64,000 bases of DNA from Candidatus Komeilibacteria bacterium (lineage in GTDB: Bacteria; Patescibacteriota; Patescibacteriia; UBA1558; 2-01-FULL-52-15): positions 70,331-134,330 of the forward strand of contig JAZDLR010000016.1 of NCBI GenBank assembly GCA_043801745.1. Reading direction: 5' to 3'. Shown piece by piece: positions 28,558 to 40,473 of this stretch (its first letter is position 1; each line of letters begins with the position of its first letter). The position numbers and the translations under genes are program-made. The notes below the pieces were generated by a model. It saw only the letters and a list, made by a program, of their open reading frames with translations. It was not told the DNA's origin and searched no databases.

Positions 28558-29154
28558 ATGAAACCCGGTTTTTTTTCGGTAGGGAGTTTCATTGCTCAGC
28601 TGCCGACTCTGGTGGCTGGCCGCCGCTCGCTTTTTGCTTTGTTCAGCACTTACAATACGGTGGGCGGCCATCGGGATGGTCTGGTTGAGACGGGAATGGC
28701 CGATCTGTCGGTCATTGTTTCGGCTGGGGGGTATAAGATGAGTCTGGCATCGCTGATGGCAGCCACTACTGCCATGCAAGCCGGCAGCCGGGCCATCGCC
28801 CATGCGATCTTCGATGCCTCCCACGCTCAGGCTGCGGAAATTCAGCAGGAGGTGGGCCAGGAAGCGCAAACGGTCCTTGCAGAGGCGACTGACGATATCC
28901 TCGCCATCGTCTATGCGGGCTACAGTGCCTTCAATGCGGCGTTGGAGTTTGCCCAAAGGCTTCATTCCCAGCATCCGCGGGCGCAGGTGTATGTTCTGAC
29001 CTGCGATTGTGACCAGACCCGCAAGCAAGTCGAGTTGCGGTCCGCCATCGACGACGGTCTCATCACCGGCGCGATCGAGACCTGGAAATGCGGTGGGGTT
29101 TCGGACATGGGCGATCTTCTGGAAGCGCTGATCAGCGCCTGGAAGGCACGCTGA
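28558..29154 (+). CDS. hypothetical protein
   Basis: AAGGAG SD; terminator at about 29172-29204. Confidence 0.75.
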   Translation: MKPGFFSVGSFIAQLPTLVAGRRSLFALFSTYNTVGGHRDGLVETGMADLSVIVSAGGYKMSLASLMAATTAMQAGSRAIAHAIFDASHAQAAEIQQEVGQEAQTVLAEATDDILAIVYAGYSAFNAALEFAQRLHSQHPRAQVYVLTCDCDQTRKQVELRSAIDDGLITGAIETWKCGGVSDMGDLLEALISAWKAR

Positions 29155-29228
29155 TTGAAGAGGTGACAAGTAAGCGGCCACTCGGTTTACCGGGTGGCCG
29201 CTTTAAAATACAAAAAAAGTCAGGGACT

Positions 29229-29861
29229 CTATTTTTTTTCTTTTATTTGTCCATCTAATCCGCCGTAATTTATAGCGGGAAGAGCGATCTCGTTAAATCT
29301 AGGATCGGCTTGTTTAGGAATCGGCGCAGTTATGTCTTTCATTTTTGGGCTTCCGGGCTTTACTGGTTCCTGCCTGATTACTTGTATATGGATGTCTCCA
29401 CCGACAAAGCCAAGCGTAACGTGAAAATCTTTCGGGGGCAGTCCGTGTTCAGAGCGAAATTTTTGCAGCGCGGGTATTTCGAAGGAAACAAAAGTAGTCT
29501 TTTTCACCTTATCTACTTCTCGCATTTGCTGTTCGGTAGCAGCTCCGTCAATGAAACCAAGCCCCATTACTGTAATACCCTGGCCATTTTGTAGGTCGGT
29601 ATTAATTTGCTGAAGTTCAGCTAGTGCTTCATCATCTAACGTGCTCAAAATTTTGCTCTCGGTAGGACTAATAATTGTTAAATGATAACCATCGGCCCTG
29701 GGCTGAAGGTCAGCGCCAGTAATAGTCTTTACGGCTTCTAGCGCCGGCGTGAAATCTGCCTGTATTTCTATTTCTAGGGTTTGCATATCGGCCAGACGCT
29801 CGCGGGTTAATTCGGGCGCTTTCTTTAGCAGTTCATCCGTACTCCATTCATGATTTGTCAT
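29229..29861 (-). CDS. 2H phosphoesterase family protein
   Basis: Two HxT motifs: YHLTII and FHVTLGF. Confidence 0.75.
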   Translation of the reverse strand: MTNHEWSTDELLKKAPELTRERLADMQTLEIEIQADFTPALEAVKTITGADLQPRADGYHLTIISPTESKILSTLDDEALAELQQINTDLQNGQGITVMGLGFIDGAATEQQMREVDKVKKTTFVSFEIPALQKFRSEHGLPPKDFHVTLGFVGGDIHIQVIRQEPVKPGSPKMKDITAPIPKQADPRFNEIALPAINYGGLDGQIKEKK

Positions 29862-30052
29862 AATAAAATCTATTAATTTATTAAATCTGCGTCAATTGTA
29901 ACAGGTTGGTGTTGGAGCAGCAATATAGATAATTGACTTCTGTCGCAAAATACATTATAAAATAGTGGCTATTCATTGAAATCGGCCAGAGTTCCTCCGT
30001 CTGCCAACTGGCGGAGCGGGCAGGGGCGAAATTGACTTCGTACTTAGTTTGA

Positions 30053-30137
30053 GGGCGAATGGTGAAATTGGTATACACGCTAGCTTTAGGAGCTAGTGGC
30101 GCAAGCCGTGAGAGTTCGAGTCTCTCTTCGCCCACCA
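30053..30137 (+). tRNA. tRNA-Leu(TAG)
   Basis: Loop TTTAGGA; long variable arm; CCA. Confidence 0.97.
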
Positions 30138-30198
30138 TGTCTGTGCAGGACAGGAGAATTCGTCTTCCTAAGCAAGCTCTTTTGCACAATATTAGTTT

Positions 30199-30452
30199 GG
30201 GTTCGTAGCTCAGATGGTTAGACCCGCCCGCCATGCTTCGCTGCTTAAAATAATAATTAATAAAATTAACCAACTGTCCATGGGAATGTAGCTCAGATGG
30301 TTAGAGCGCTACATTGACATTGTAGAGGTCACAGGTTCGATTCCTGTCATTCCCACCATTGGTAGTCTGGCCCGCACAGCATGGCGAAGCGGGCGGGGCG
30401 CTACATTGACATTGTAGAGGTCATTCCGCCGCTGGCGGGACATCGCCCACCA
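30199..30452 (+). pseudogene. outer split tRNA-Val(GAC): pieces 30199-30222 and 30398-30452, degenerate T arm
   Basis: 5' piece ends GGTTAGA; 3' piece resumes GCGCTACATTGACATTGTAGAGGTC and ends ACCA. Confidence 0.85.
30282..30358 (+). tRNA. tRNA-Val(GAC), intact, nested in the split outer copy
   Basis: Full cloverleaf; loop TTGACAT; CCA. Confidence 0.97.
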
Positions 30453-30521
30453 TTAGCCGATATATGTAATTTAACAACTCGACGGTATTGACATGGAAGC
30501 GGTCTATAGTACAATAGTCTT

Positions 30522-31214
30522 ATGAGACCTTATTCATACAACTCTTTGAAGGCGCCAGTTATGGCTTTACGACGAAGAGGGAAAACGTACGCCGAGATTT
30601 GTGCGCATTTACAGGTTCCGATTGCAAAAAGCACCATCTCCTATTGGTGTAAGGATGTGAAGCTCACCAAACAATCGAAGCAACAACTAAAGCATCGTGT
30701 AGAAACGCATCTAGCTAAGCAAAGGGTTTTGGCGTTAAAAGCTAATATTGCCAGGAGGAATAGGTATTTAAAAGAAGTTGATAAACGGGTTTCACATTTG
30801 GGTTCTCACCTAAAAAACAGAAGCGTGGGAAAAATAGTTTTGTCCATACTTTATTGGTGCGAAGGGAAGGGTTCGCAAAGCAGTTCCTTAACATTTGGTA
30901 ACTCAAACCCAGAAATTATTAAGCTATTCTTATCAGTTCTTAGAAAGAATTACGACATAGATGAAGCAAAGTTTCGTTGCACACTACAAGGAAGAGCTGA
31001 CCAAGGAATTAGGGAATTGGAAAAATATTGGTCAACGGTCACTGAAATACCATTGTCACAATTCTATAAGGCACGAATTGATCCGCGGTCAGCAGGCAAA
31101 ACTTCAAGAAAGAAAAACTATAAAGGCGTTTGTAGGATAGATTACTTTTCTGCAGATATCTTTCATGAATTAAAAGCAATACAAAAAAGTTTAATTAAAA
31201 ATATGGGCCTGTAG
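30522..31214 (+). CDS. HTH plus LAGLIDADG-like protein overlapping tRNA-Ala
   Basis: LRRRGKTYAEI...KSTISYW HTH; LYWCEG and F.NSNPEII motifs; stop codon lies inside the tRNA. Confidence 0.7.
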   Translation: MRPYSYNSLKAPVMALRRRGKTYAEICAHLQVPIAKSTISYWCKDVKLTKQSKQQLKHRVETHLAKQRVLALKANIARRNRYLKEVDKRVSHLGSHLKNRSVGKIVLSILYWCEGKGSQSSSLTFGNSNPEIIKLFLSVLRKNYDIDEAKFRCTLQGRADQGIRELEKYWSTVTEIPLSQFYKARIDPRSAGKTSRKKNYKGVCRIDYFSADIFHELKAIQKSLIKNMGL

Positions 31215-31281
31215 CGCAGTTGGTTAGCGCGTTTGCATGGCATGCAAGAGGTCGAGGGTTCGAATCCCTCCAGGTCCACCA
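31205..31281 (+). tRNA. tRNA-Ala(GGC)
   Basis: G3-U70 pair; loop ATGGCAT; CCA. Confidence 0.96.
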
Positions 31282-31567
31282 AAGCATTAAGCAGGGTTAT
31301 TTGACGCTGTTTTTTGTTAATTTATGGCCTATATTACCTATATTAATATGCTACTTGACAGATAATATATTATATGCTATACTTAAGTATTACGGTAAAT
31401 ATTGGCTTTTTACGTTATCCTGGTTCTTTTATAAAACGGGAGAAAAATAAGCGGAATCCTTCTTATTTCCACCCATGTGGGTAGTGTTTTGGGCGCCTAC
31501 TCAGGTTCTCAGCGCACTACCCATTTCGGACGGAAAAAGACAACTCAAACCAACGGAGGATCAAACC

Positions 31568-32344
31568 ATGCGCATTCTCATCATCGACGACAGTAGCCTT
31601 TGGATCGAGCAGGGCAAGAAGCTCCTCGAGCCGGCCGGTCACGAAGTGGCCGGTGTGCTGGTCGGCGATCCCAACCTCTTCACAACGGAATCGTTGCTGC
31701 AGTCGGTTGGTGCTGCCTTTCAAGAGACCGACGTGCTGTTGGTCGACAAGGACTTCGGTGCTGGGATCACGTCCACGCGGCTGATCTGCGTGGTCAGGAG
31801 CTGGTTTCCCCAGCTGCCGATCATCCGCTGGACCGGTGGCTACGACCAGAAGCCTTACATGGGTTATCTGGGCGTGAGTCAGATGGAGAAGCCCACTCGG
31901 AAGAATGAGGTCAAGTTCATCGAGACCTTCAACGGGGCTCTCGAGGAGCAGCGGCTCATCTTGTCCGGACCCATGGGCATCTTTGCCGCTCTGGATGAGA
32001 CGGCCAAGCCCGACGAGTACGCGGCCGAGAGTCGGGCTCAGCGGCTGCGGCAGATTGCCGAAATCAGCCAGCTCGCCCGCAAGGATCGGGCGGAGTCGAA
32101 GGATTGGCGTTATCCCTGGATGATCACCGGGCAGGCCGGTGGTGCGACCAAGCACGAGCTCGGCCACGCCATCTGCGACGGCCATCTCACGGCCGAGGAC
32201 ATCCGTCCTCACCTGGCGGATCTGCAGTTGGTCATCGCCAAGTTCGAGGCCGCCGGCGAGATCGACGACCGGTTCCGGATCTGCGCCGAGTTCATCAAGG
32301 CTGGCAATCTGGACGAGCTTGAGCTGGTCCGGCACTGCTACTAG
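31568..32344 (+). CDS. receiver (REC)-like domain protein
   Basis: RILIIDDS, DVLLVD, LPIIRWTG; GGAGG SD. Confidence 0.75.
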   Translation: MRILIIDDSSLWIEQGKKLLEPAGHEVAGVLVGDPNLFTTESLLQSVGAAFQETDVLLVDKDFGAGITSTRLICVVRSWFPQLPIIRWTGGYDQKPYMGYLGVSQMEKPTRKNEVKFIETFNGALEEQRLILSGPMGIFAALDETAKPDEYAAESRAQRLRQIAEISQLARKDRAESKDWRYPWMITGQAGGATKHELGHAICDGHLTAEDIRPHLADLQLVIAKFEAAGEIDDRFRICAEFIKAGNLDELELVRHCY

Positions 32345-32460
32345 CAGAACCGGCCTCCCGTGTGAAACACGCCCCGTGGCAGAACATCGCCACGGGGTTT
32401 TCTTTTATATATAAATTTTTCCCTGTTTACAGCACCTAAGATATTAGCTATTCTATTAGC

Positions 32461-33561
32461 ATGGATATTAAAGATGCCACATTTTTGACCACTAAAGACG
32501 AGGAGTTACTTTGGCCTCTTGTGAAGGAATTACCACCCGATTATCAACTGCCGGCTTTTGGCAGTAATGAAGTTATTGGTGGAGAAGATATTAAAATTGA
32601 ACATCCGGAGATTATCAGCGTTATACCAAGCGGTACGGTTTTGAAAGCTGAAACCCTAATCCAAGTTTCTTATGCTCCTCGGCGTTTGGAGACGATGAAT
32701 TTCGCGACTTACCTGCGTAATCTCGGATCTCACTATATTGAATACGAACGATTGACGGCTCAAGAACCGGACATGTCGTTCGGAGAAATGATGGTTAAGC
32801 TTCATAAAATTGGTATTAAAGAACGCCACGAAGCTTATAGGAGACTTGAGAGAAAGTTTGGCAAAGAAGGGTCAAAAGCTGAACAGAATCAAGCTGTGTC
32901 GCGTCACGAGCATTCACTGTTAGTGTGTAAAGCTATCAATGATCTAGGTATTCCTGGTATTCAGGCAGAGCAGGCGCCGAAAGAAGATTATCTCGATGAG
33001 ATTGATGAATATTTAATTCTGGACCCAATAGCGATGGAAACAAACGGTACGGAATCCGGGACCCCCATATATATTGGTATACAGCGCTCGTTTGAAAATA
33101 AGCTGGATGAAGTCAGGCGTAATCCGGTTAAATATATTGCTGAGAAAGCTGGACAAGGAGCGATTTTTCGTTTCTTTTTGCCTGACGAGGATGAGAATTA
33201 TCAGGATATCTATGAAAAATTGGTTAACCGACGGGATGCGCTTCTGGAGAAAGAGGCCAAACAGCAAGGAATGACCATAGTGGAGTATATTGAACAATCA
33301 GCCAGACGAAAAGGTTTATCAGAAAAGAAATTTATGCAGAGCAAGTTGCAGTCCATTCCCATTACCAAATATTTACCTCACGGAGAGCAGCAGCAAATTG
33401 CCTGGGCTAAGCAAATATTGGGTGAAGCAGAAGAGCAGTTTATCAAGCTTAAAGGTAATCAGACTGAAAGACGTTTACTGGATCGCTTAAATTCCTGTTT
33501 GCGCGTTGTGATGCAAGCCAAGAGTTTGGTGATTGATGAGCAGCTTGATTTAGCAGTATAA
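32461..33561 (+). CDS. hypothetical protein
   Basis: 366-aa ORF; D..EID...IGIQR is weakly PD-(D/E)XK-like. Confidence 0.7.
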   Translation: MDIKDATFLTTKDEELLWPLVKELPPDYQLPAFGSNEVIGGEDIKIEHPEIISVIPSGTVLKAETLIQVSYAPRRLETMNFATYLRNLGSHYIEYERLTAQEPDMSFGEMMVKLHKIGIKERHEAYRRLERKFGKEGSKAEQNQAVSRHEHSLLVCKAINDLGIPGIQAEQAPKEDYLDEIDEYLILDPIAMETNGTESGTPIYIGIQRSFENKLDEVRRNPVKYIAEKAGQGAIFRFFLPDEDENYQDIYEKLVNRRDALLEKEAKQQGMTIVEYIEQSARRKGLSEKKFMQSKLQSIPITKYLPHGEQQQIAWAKQILGEAEEQFIKLKGNQTERRLLDRLNSCLRVVMQAKSLVIDEQLDLAV

Positions 33562-33624
33562 TTTTTTAAATGTAATCGCCGCGTCGATGTTCAACGACGC
33601 GGCGATTTTTTTCTCAGGCAGTTT

Positions 33625-33927
33625 TTAGCCAATGGCATGGCGGGCCTCCGGAGGTATACTCTTGATGTCCCAGATCTCCTCCGGACTGAAAATCCTAGAA
33701 TGATTACTGCCACTGTGGTGATAGATAATCGTGACTCCCTGCACACTACCGGTGATTTCCACGACACTTTCAGTCATTCCTGCGCGGAAAAGAAAATTCA
33801 GACTGTCCCGTAGTTTCCAGGTTATGGTGCGGCTGTCATCACCCGACAGAACCTCACTGGCCCTGACTATTAATTGCAGTTCCCGAGCAGGAAAAGATTT
33901 GTCCTGATTCAGATCGTGTATCTTCAT
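33625..33927 (-). CDS. hypothetical protein
   Basis: GGAGG SD; shared terminator hairpin at about 33574-33612. Confidence 0.6.
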   Translation of the reverse strand: MKIHDLNQDKSFPARELQLIVRASEVLSGDDSRTITWKLRDSLNFLFRAGMTESVVEITGSVQGVTIIYHHSGSNHSRIFSPEEIWDIKSIPPEARHAIG

Positions 33928-34082
33928 CGATGTCCTCCCTATCTGTTGCCGTCATGCCAGCGGGCTGGCTTTCGTAAAGTACTAATGTTGTGAATTTCAT
34001 ATTTAGCATAACGAAGTAGTATTGTCAACAAGCGGGGAGAAGATGTTGAAAAACTGTCCCTAACTTAGGGCCAATTAGCTAT

Positions 34083-34111
34083 TTGACAATGCTAGTAATT
34101 CGCTCTATAAT
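34083..34111 (+). promoter_or_regulatory. consensus sigma70 promoter for the 23S-5S unit
   Basis: TTGACA-17-TATAAT; boxA-like gaactttgacaa at 34381. Confidence 0.8.
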
Positions 34112-34600
34112 ACCTTACGAACTTCAGAAAGTTCCCCAAGTTGATAAGAATTAGCTAATATTAGTCAAAAAAATGGCTTTATCAGTAACTAGCTTAACCA
34201 TGTAGTGGATTTTGGGGATATTTTTTGGCCTCGGAATCCGCGTCTGCCGCGGTTTTTGTTCCTCTGCAGCACCTTACAATCTAGAAATCTTCAGAAAAAT
34301 GTTGAGAATCCCAGATTCAAGCCACTTTTCTGGATGTTTCAGTCCTGCCGCTAACGTAATCGTTAACGCTGGGGCGAAGTGAACTTTGACAACTGAATAT
34401 TCATGAGCATCTTAATTCGCACCGTTTACTAACGGTGTCAATTGTAGAGAGACTCTCTCGTAAAAAATATATAAATATGCTTGCCCTATACCATGTAAGG
34501 TGTAGGGAGACGGTGATACGCCGCCGGGTACTTCAAGTCCGGTGGTATCTTCCTCCTTCGCTCTTCGAGCTAGGGAGGACAAAGAAGCTTCTAAAGCTTT

Positions 34601-37817
<3,217 letters not shown>

Positions 37818-38203
37818 AAAGCTTTGCAAGCTTTATGTCCCCCATAGTTTTATACGAAGGGGGAAGATTGATTCACCATCTTTACCGATTGGGTATAGTC
37901 CGCTATACTAGTTCGGTAATTAGCATATTATATATAGAGAGTTATTGCTCATGAATATTCACAATCGAAACACTGGAGTTATTACCCTAGTTGTTGTATG
38001 TATTGGCCTGGTTGTTTTAGTGGGGGCAGTATTATTACTGACCCCGATTGATCCCAGCCTGCTGCATTAAATAATTATTTAAAGGGTGACCCCGCTATCG
38101 GCCGTAGGCCGAGCGGGGCAAGCAGTGTCCCCGCCTTCGCTCCTCGTTATACTCGGAGCTACGGCGGGCAAGTAGGTACTTTTTAAAAAATCGAGCATAG
38201 TGT

Positions 38204-38322
38204 TTCCGGTACTCTTCGCGGAGAGGCAACACCTGATCCCATCCCGAACTCAGCAGTTAAGCTCTCCAGCGCCGATGGTAGTTCCCTGCAACGCGGGGCG
38301 CAAGAGTAGGTCAGTGCCGGAT
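38204..38322 (+). rRNA. rrf: 5S rRNA
   Basis: CACCTGATCCCATCCCGAACTCAG..GTTAAG; GAGTAGGTC; terminal helix. Confidence 0.95.
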
Positions 38323-38356
38323 ACAGTGCGCTCGATTTTTTGTTAGAAAAGTATTT

Positions 38357-38484
38357 GCGCCGACCTGCCCACCGGAGTCCCGAGCTTGCCGAGGGACGAA
38401 GGAGGGTGGCTGAGTCCCCCGTAGCTTTAGCGAAGGGGGATAGTTCCCTGCAACGCGGGGCGCAAGAGTAGGTCAGTGCCTGGA
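38357..38484 (+). pseudogene. duplicated 3' half of 5S rRNA interrupted by two hairpin repeats
   Basis: 38441-38480 is identical to 38279-38318; gcgccga remnant at 38357. Confidence 0.85.
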
Positions 38485-38755
38485 CATTGTTACTCTTTTT
38501 TAGTTTGTTTTAAGTCAGAAAGCTAGCCACCGCCAGCGGAACCATAATCAGCCACTGCTCGCCCTGCCTCTGGCGGGGGGACATTGTCACTCTTTTTTGT
38601 TTTGCTCTAATGCGCAAAACAACCCTGAGCGAGACTAGATTAGTGGATTTTTAATGTAGTATTTTAGCTAGTATTAGTCATTTTATTATGGTTTAGACGA
38701 ACATGTATAGAACAGGGAGTATACGTCCTTCGTGACTTGTGCTATACTACAAACT

Positions 38756-39121
38756 ATGAAGAGTAATATATCCACAGAAAAGTTGATGGAGGCCATGAGA
38801 GATTATTCGAGGGATAGCCTTAGGGTTTTGCGTTATATGGTTTATCACTACCCTTCCAAGAAAGTCTTTTTTTCATCGGAGTTTGAGTCAGTATTAAAAA
38901 AGGAAGGTAAGTCACTGGGCGGAGTTATGGGTTCATTTTCTAAGCGTAAAAACATTCCTTTGGTTATTAAATTGGGTTACGTCATTACTAATTGGGAGGG
39001 CAAGGTTGTAAAAAAAAGAGCCGAGCCAGTATGGGCTATAAATCCTAAACTAGATCCCAGAGTCATTATGGACATAAGGAATATTTTAGTACATGATTTT
39101 TATCTAGATGAACCAATGTAA
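38756..39121 (+). CDS. hypothetical protein (possible winged helix)
   Basis: ORF; -10 TATACT just upstream. Confidence 0.65.
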   Translation: MKSNISTEKLMEAMRDYSRDSLRVLRYMVYHYPSKKVFFSSEFESVLKKEGKSLGGVMGSFSKRKNIPLVIKLGYVITNWEGKVVKKRAEPVWAINPKLDPRVIMDIRNILVHDFYLDEPM

Positions 39122-39123
39122 AT

Positions 39124-40041
39124 ATGACACCGGATTTTAAAAAGGATATGAATGCCGTACAAAATTTTTTTTGGGGCAAAATTCCAAAGAAAATTAGATT
39201 TTTTATTGGCGTCGTTATCCTCTGTGTTGGTATAGTGGTCGGCTACGTGAGATTTTTAATGCCTAACGAGGCGAATCAGTTATTTATTAGTGAAAAAAAT
39301 GGGCAGAAGGTCGAACTGACAAATTCAAATGTATCCGGTGGCATTACGCTGAATGGTGATGGTTCATCATCTAAAGATGATGCTACAATTCAGGTTCTTG
39401 GGGTTCAAAGTGATTGTGAGTTGCCTTTAGAAACAAATTTTAGTGACAATTCTAGGTGGATTGCTGAACAATGGTTTTTTATACCCGAAGAAACTGGCTC
39501 TCACACTTATTGCCCGCAACTCACAGAAAAGAATCCGGTAAGGGTCACCTATTTAGATTGTTCCCTGGGGCTACCTTACAGCGTAGAGTTAACCGCTGTT
39601 CCTCGGTCGTTAGAACATTCAAATATAATAATTCAGTATGAGAATATATTTAGGTGTATTATTGGAGATGGCAATTATCTCCATATTGCTTGTGAGGAAT
39701 GGTCACCACGTGAAAAAAATTATCACAGAATTCGTGAGGATAATAGCAAAATTGAGACTCCACGTCTTAATGGAGATATTGGGGTCGCACCACAAACGGC
39801 TATAACTACAATAGTAAGTGTAAAGGGTGTAAAGAATACCAATACATTAAACGTCGAGCTGGTCGTTTCCTATATACCTGCGGACTCTCCATCTTTAATT
39901 AAGAAAAAAAATTTTAAATATACCATTCATTTAGATCGAAATAGTGCCGACGTCTCTTCTCATATTGGTATTGGAATGATCGATAATGATTATAAAGGTG
40001 ATGTTTGTATCGAACCGCTGAATCTGAAGTTATTTGACTAA
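39124..40041 (+). CDS. hypothetical membrane-anchored protein, AT-rich
   Basis: N-terminal TM; 305-aa ORF. Confidence 0.7.
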   Translation: MTPDFKKDMNAVQNFFWGKIPKKIRFFIGVVILCVGIVVGYVRFLMPNEANQLFISEKNGQKVELTNSNVSGGITLNGDGSSSKDDATIQVLGVQSDCELPLETNFSDNSRWIAEQWFFIPEETGSHTYCPQLTEKNPVRVTYLDCSLGLPYSVELTAVPRSLEHSNIIIQYENIFRCIIGDGNYLHIACEEWSPREKNYHRIREDNSKIETPRLNGDIGVAPQTAITTIVSVKGVKNTNTLNVELVVSYIPADSPSLIKKKNFKYTIHLDRNSADVSSHIGIGMIDNDYKGDVCIEPLNLKLFD

Positions 40042-40172
40042 CTTATGAAATTTGTTGCCGACCTTTACGAGCACTTTCGGTTTGGAAGATCCGGCCCGCA
40101 TTAGGTTGCTGTTCCAGTTATTTTATTGTAATCTGAATTTGCTCTTTGTTCCTCATTCAAAGGAGATATGTC

Positions 40173-40352
40173 ATGCCGAAGCATAGGGATACTCAGACAT
40201 CAAGAAGCGAGGTCATTGTTCGTCGGGTCAATCATAGACAGGTACAGCAATGGCTAACGCGGCACGCCGGACGTACCGATGAGGCCATCCGTCGTATCGA
40301 TCGTTTGGCCATTGAGTCACTAGTCAAGGCCAGCTCGCTGGTGGCGGGCTAG
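40173..40352 (+). CDS. small hypothetical protein
   Basis: AAGGAG SD; terminator at about 40381-40408. Confidence 0.55.
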   Translation: MPKHRDTQTSRSEVIVRRVNHRQVQQWLTRHAGRTDEAIRRIDRLAIESLVKASSLVAG

Positions 40353-40473
40353 TCCTGACTAGTGACTCTGTATTCGGCACAAAGTCGCCAGGTTACTGGC
40401 GACTTTTGCGTTGCTGGATTTTGCCATTATTTTTTAATTTGCCAATTTATTATTAGTTAGGTAAGGTAACCCT

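Noticed and set aside
30223-30397. Group I/II or archaeal BHB intron as the nested tRNA inserts (also 51922-52095)
   Set aside because: Too short once the inner tRNA is removed, with no catalytic core motifs and no clear bulge-helix-bulge at the junction.
31517-32414. Several long overlapping ORFs around the REC-like gene
   Set aside because: By-products of high GC3; only the 31568 frame has an SD and recognisable motifs.
40353-40473. glmS ribozyme upstream of glmS
   Set aside because: Only a simple terminator hairpin is present; the conserved AGCGCC and GACGAGG core elements were not found.
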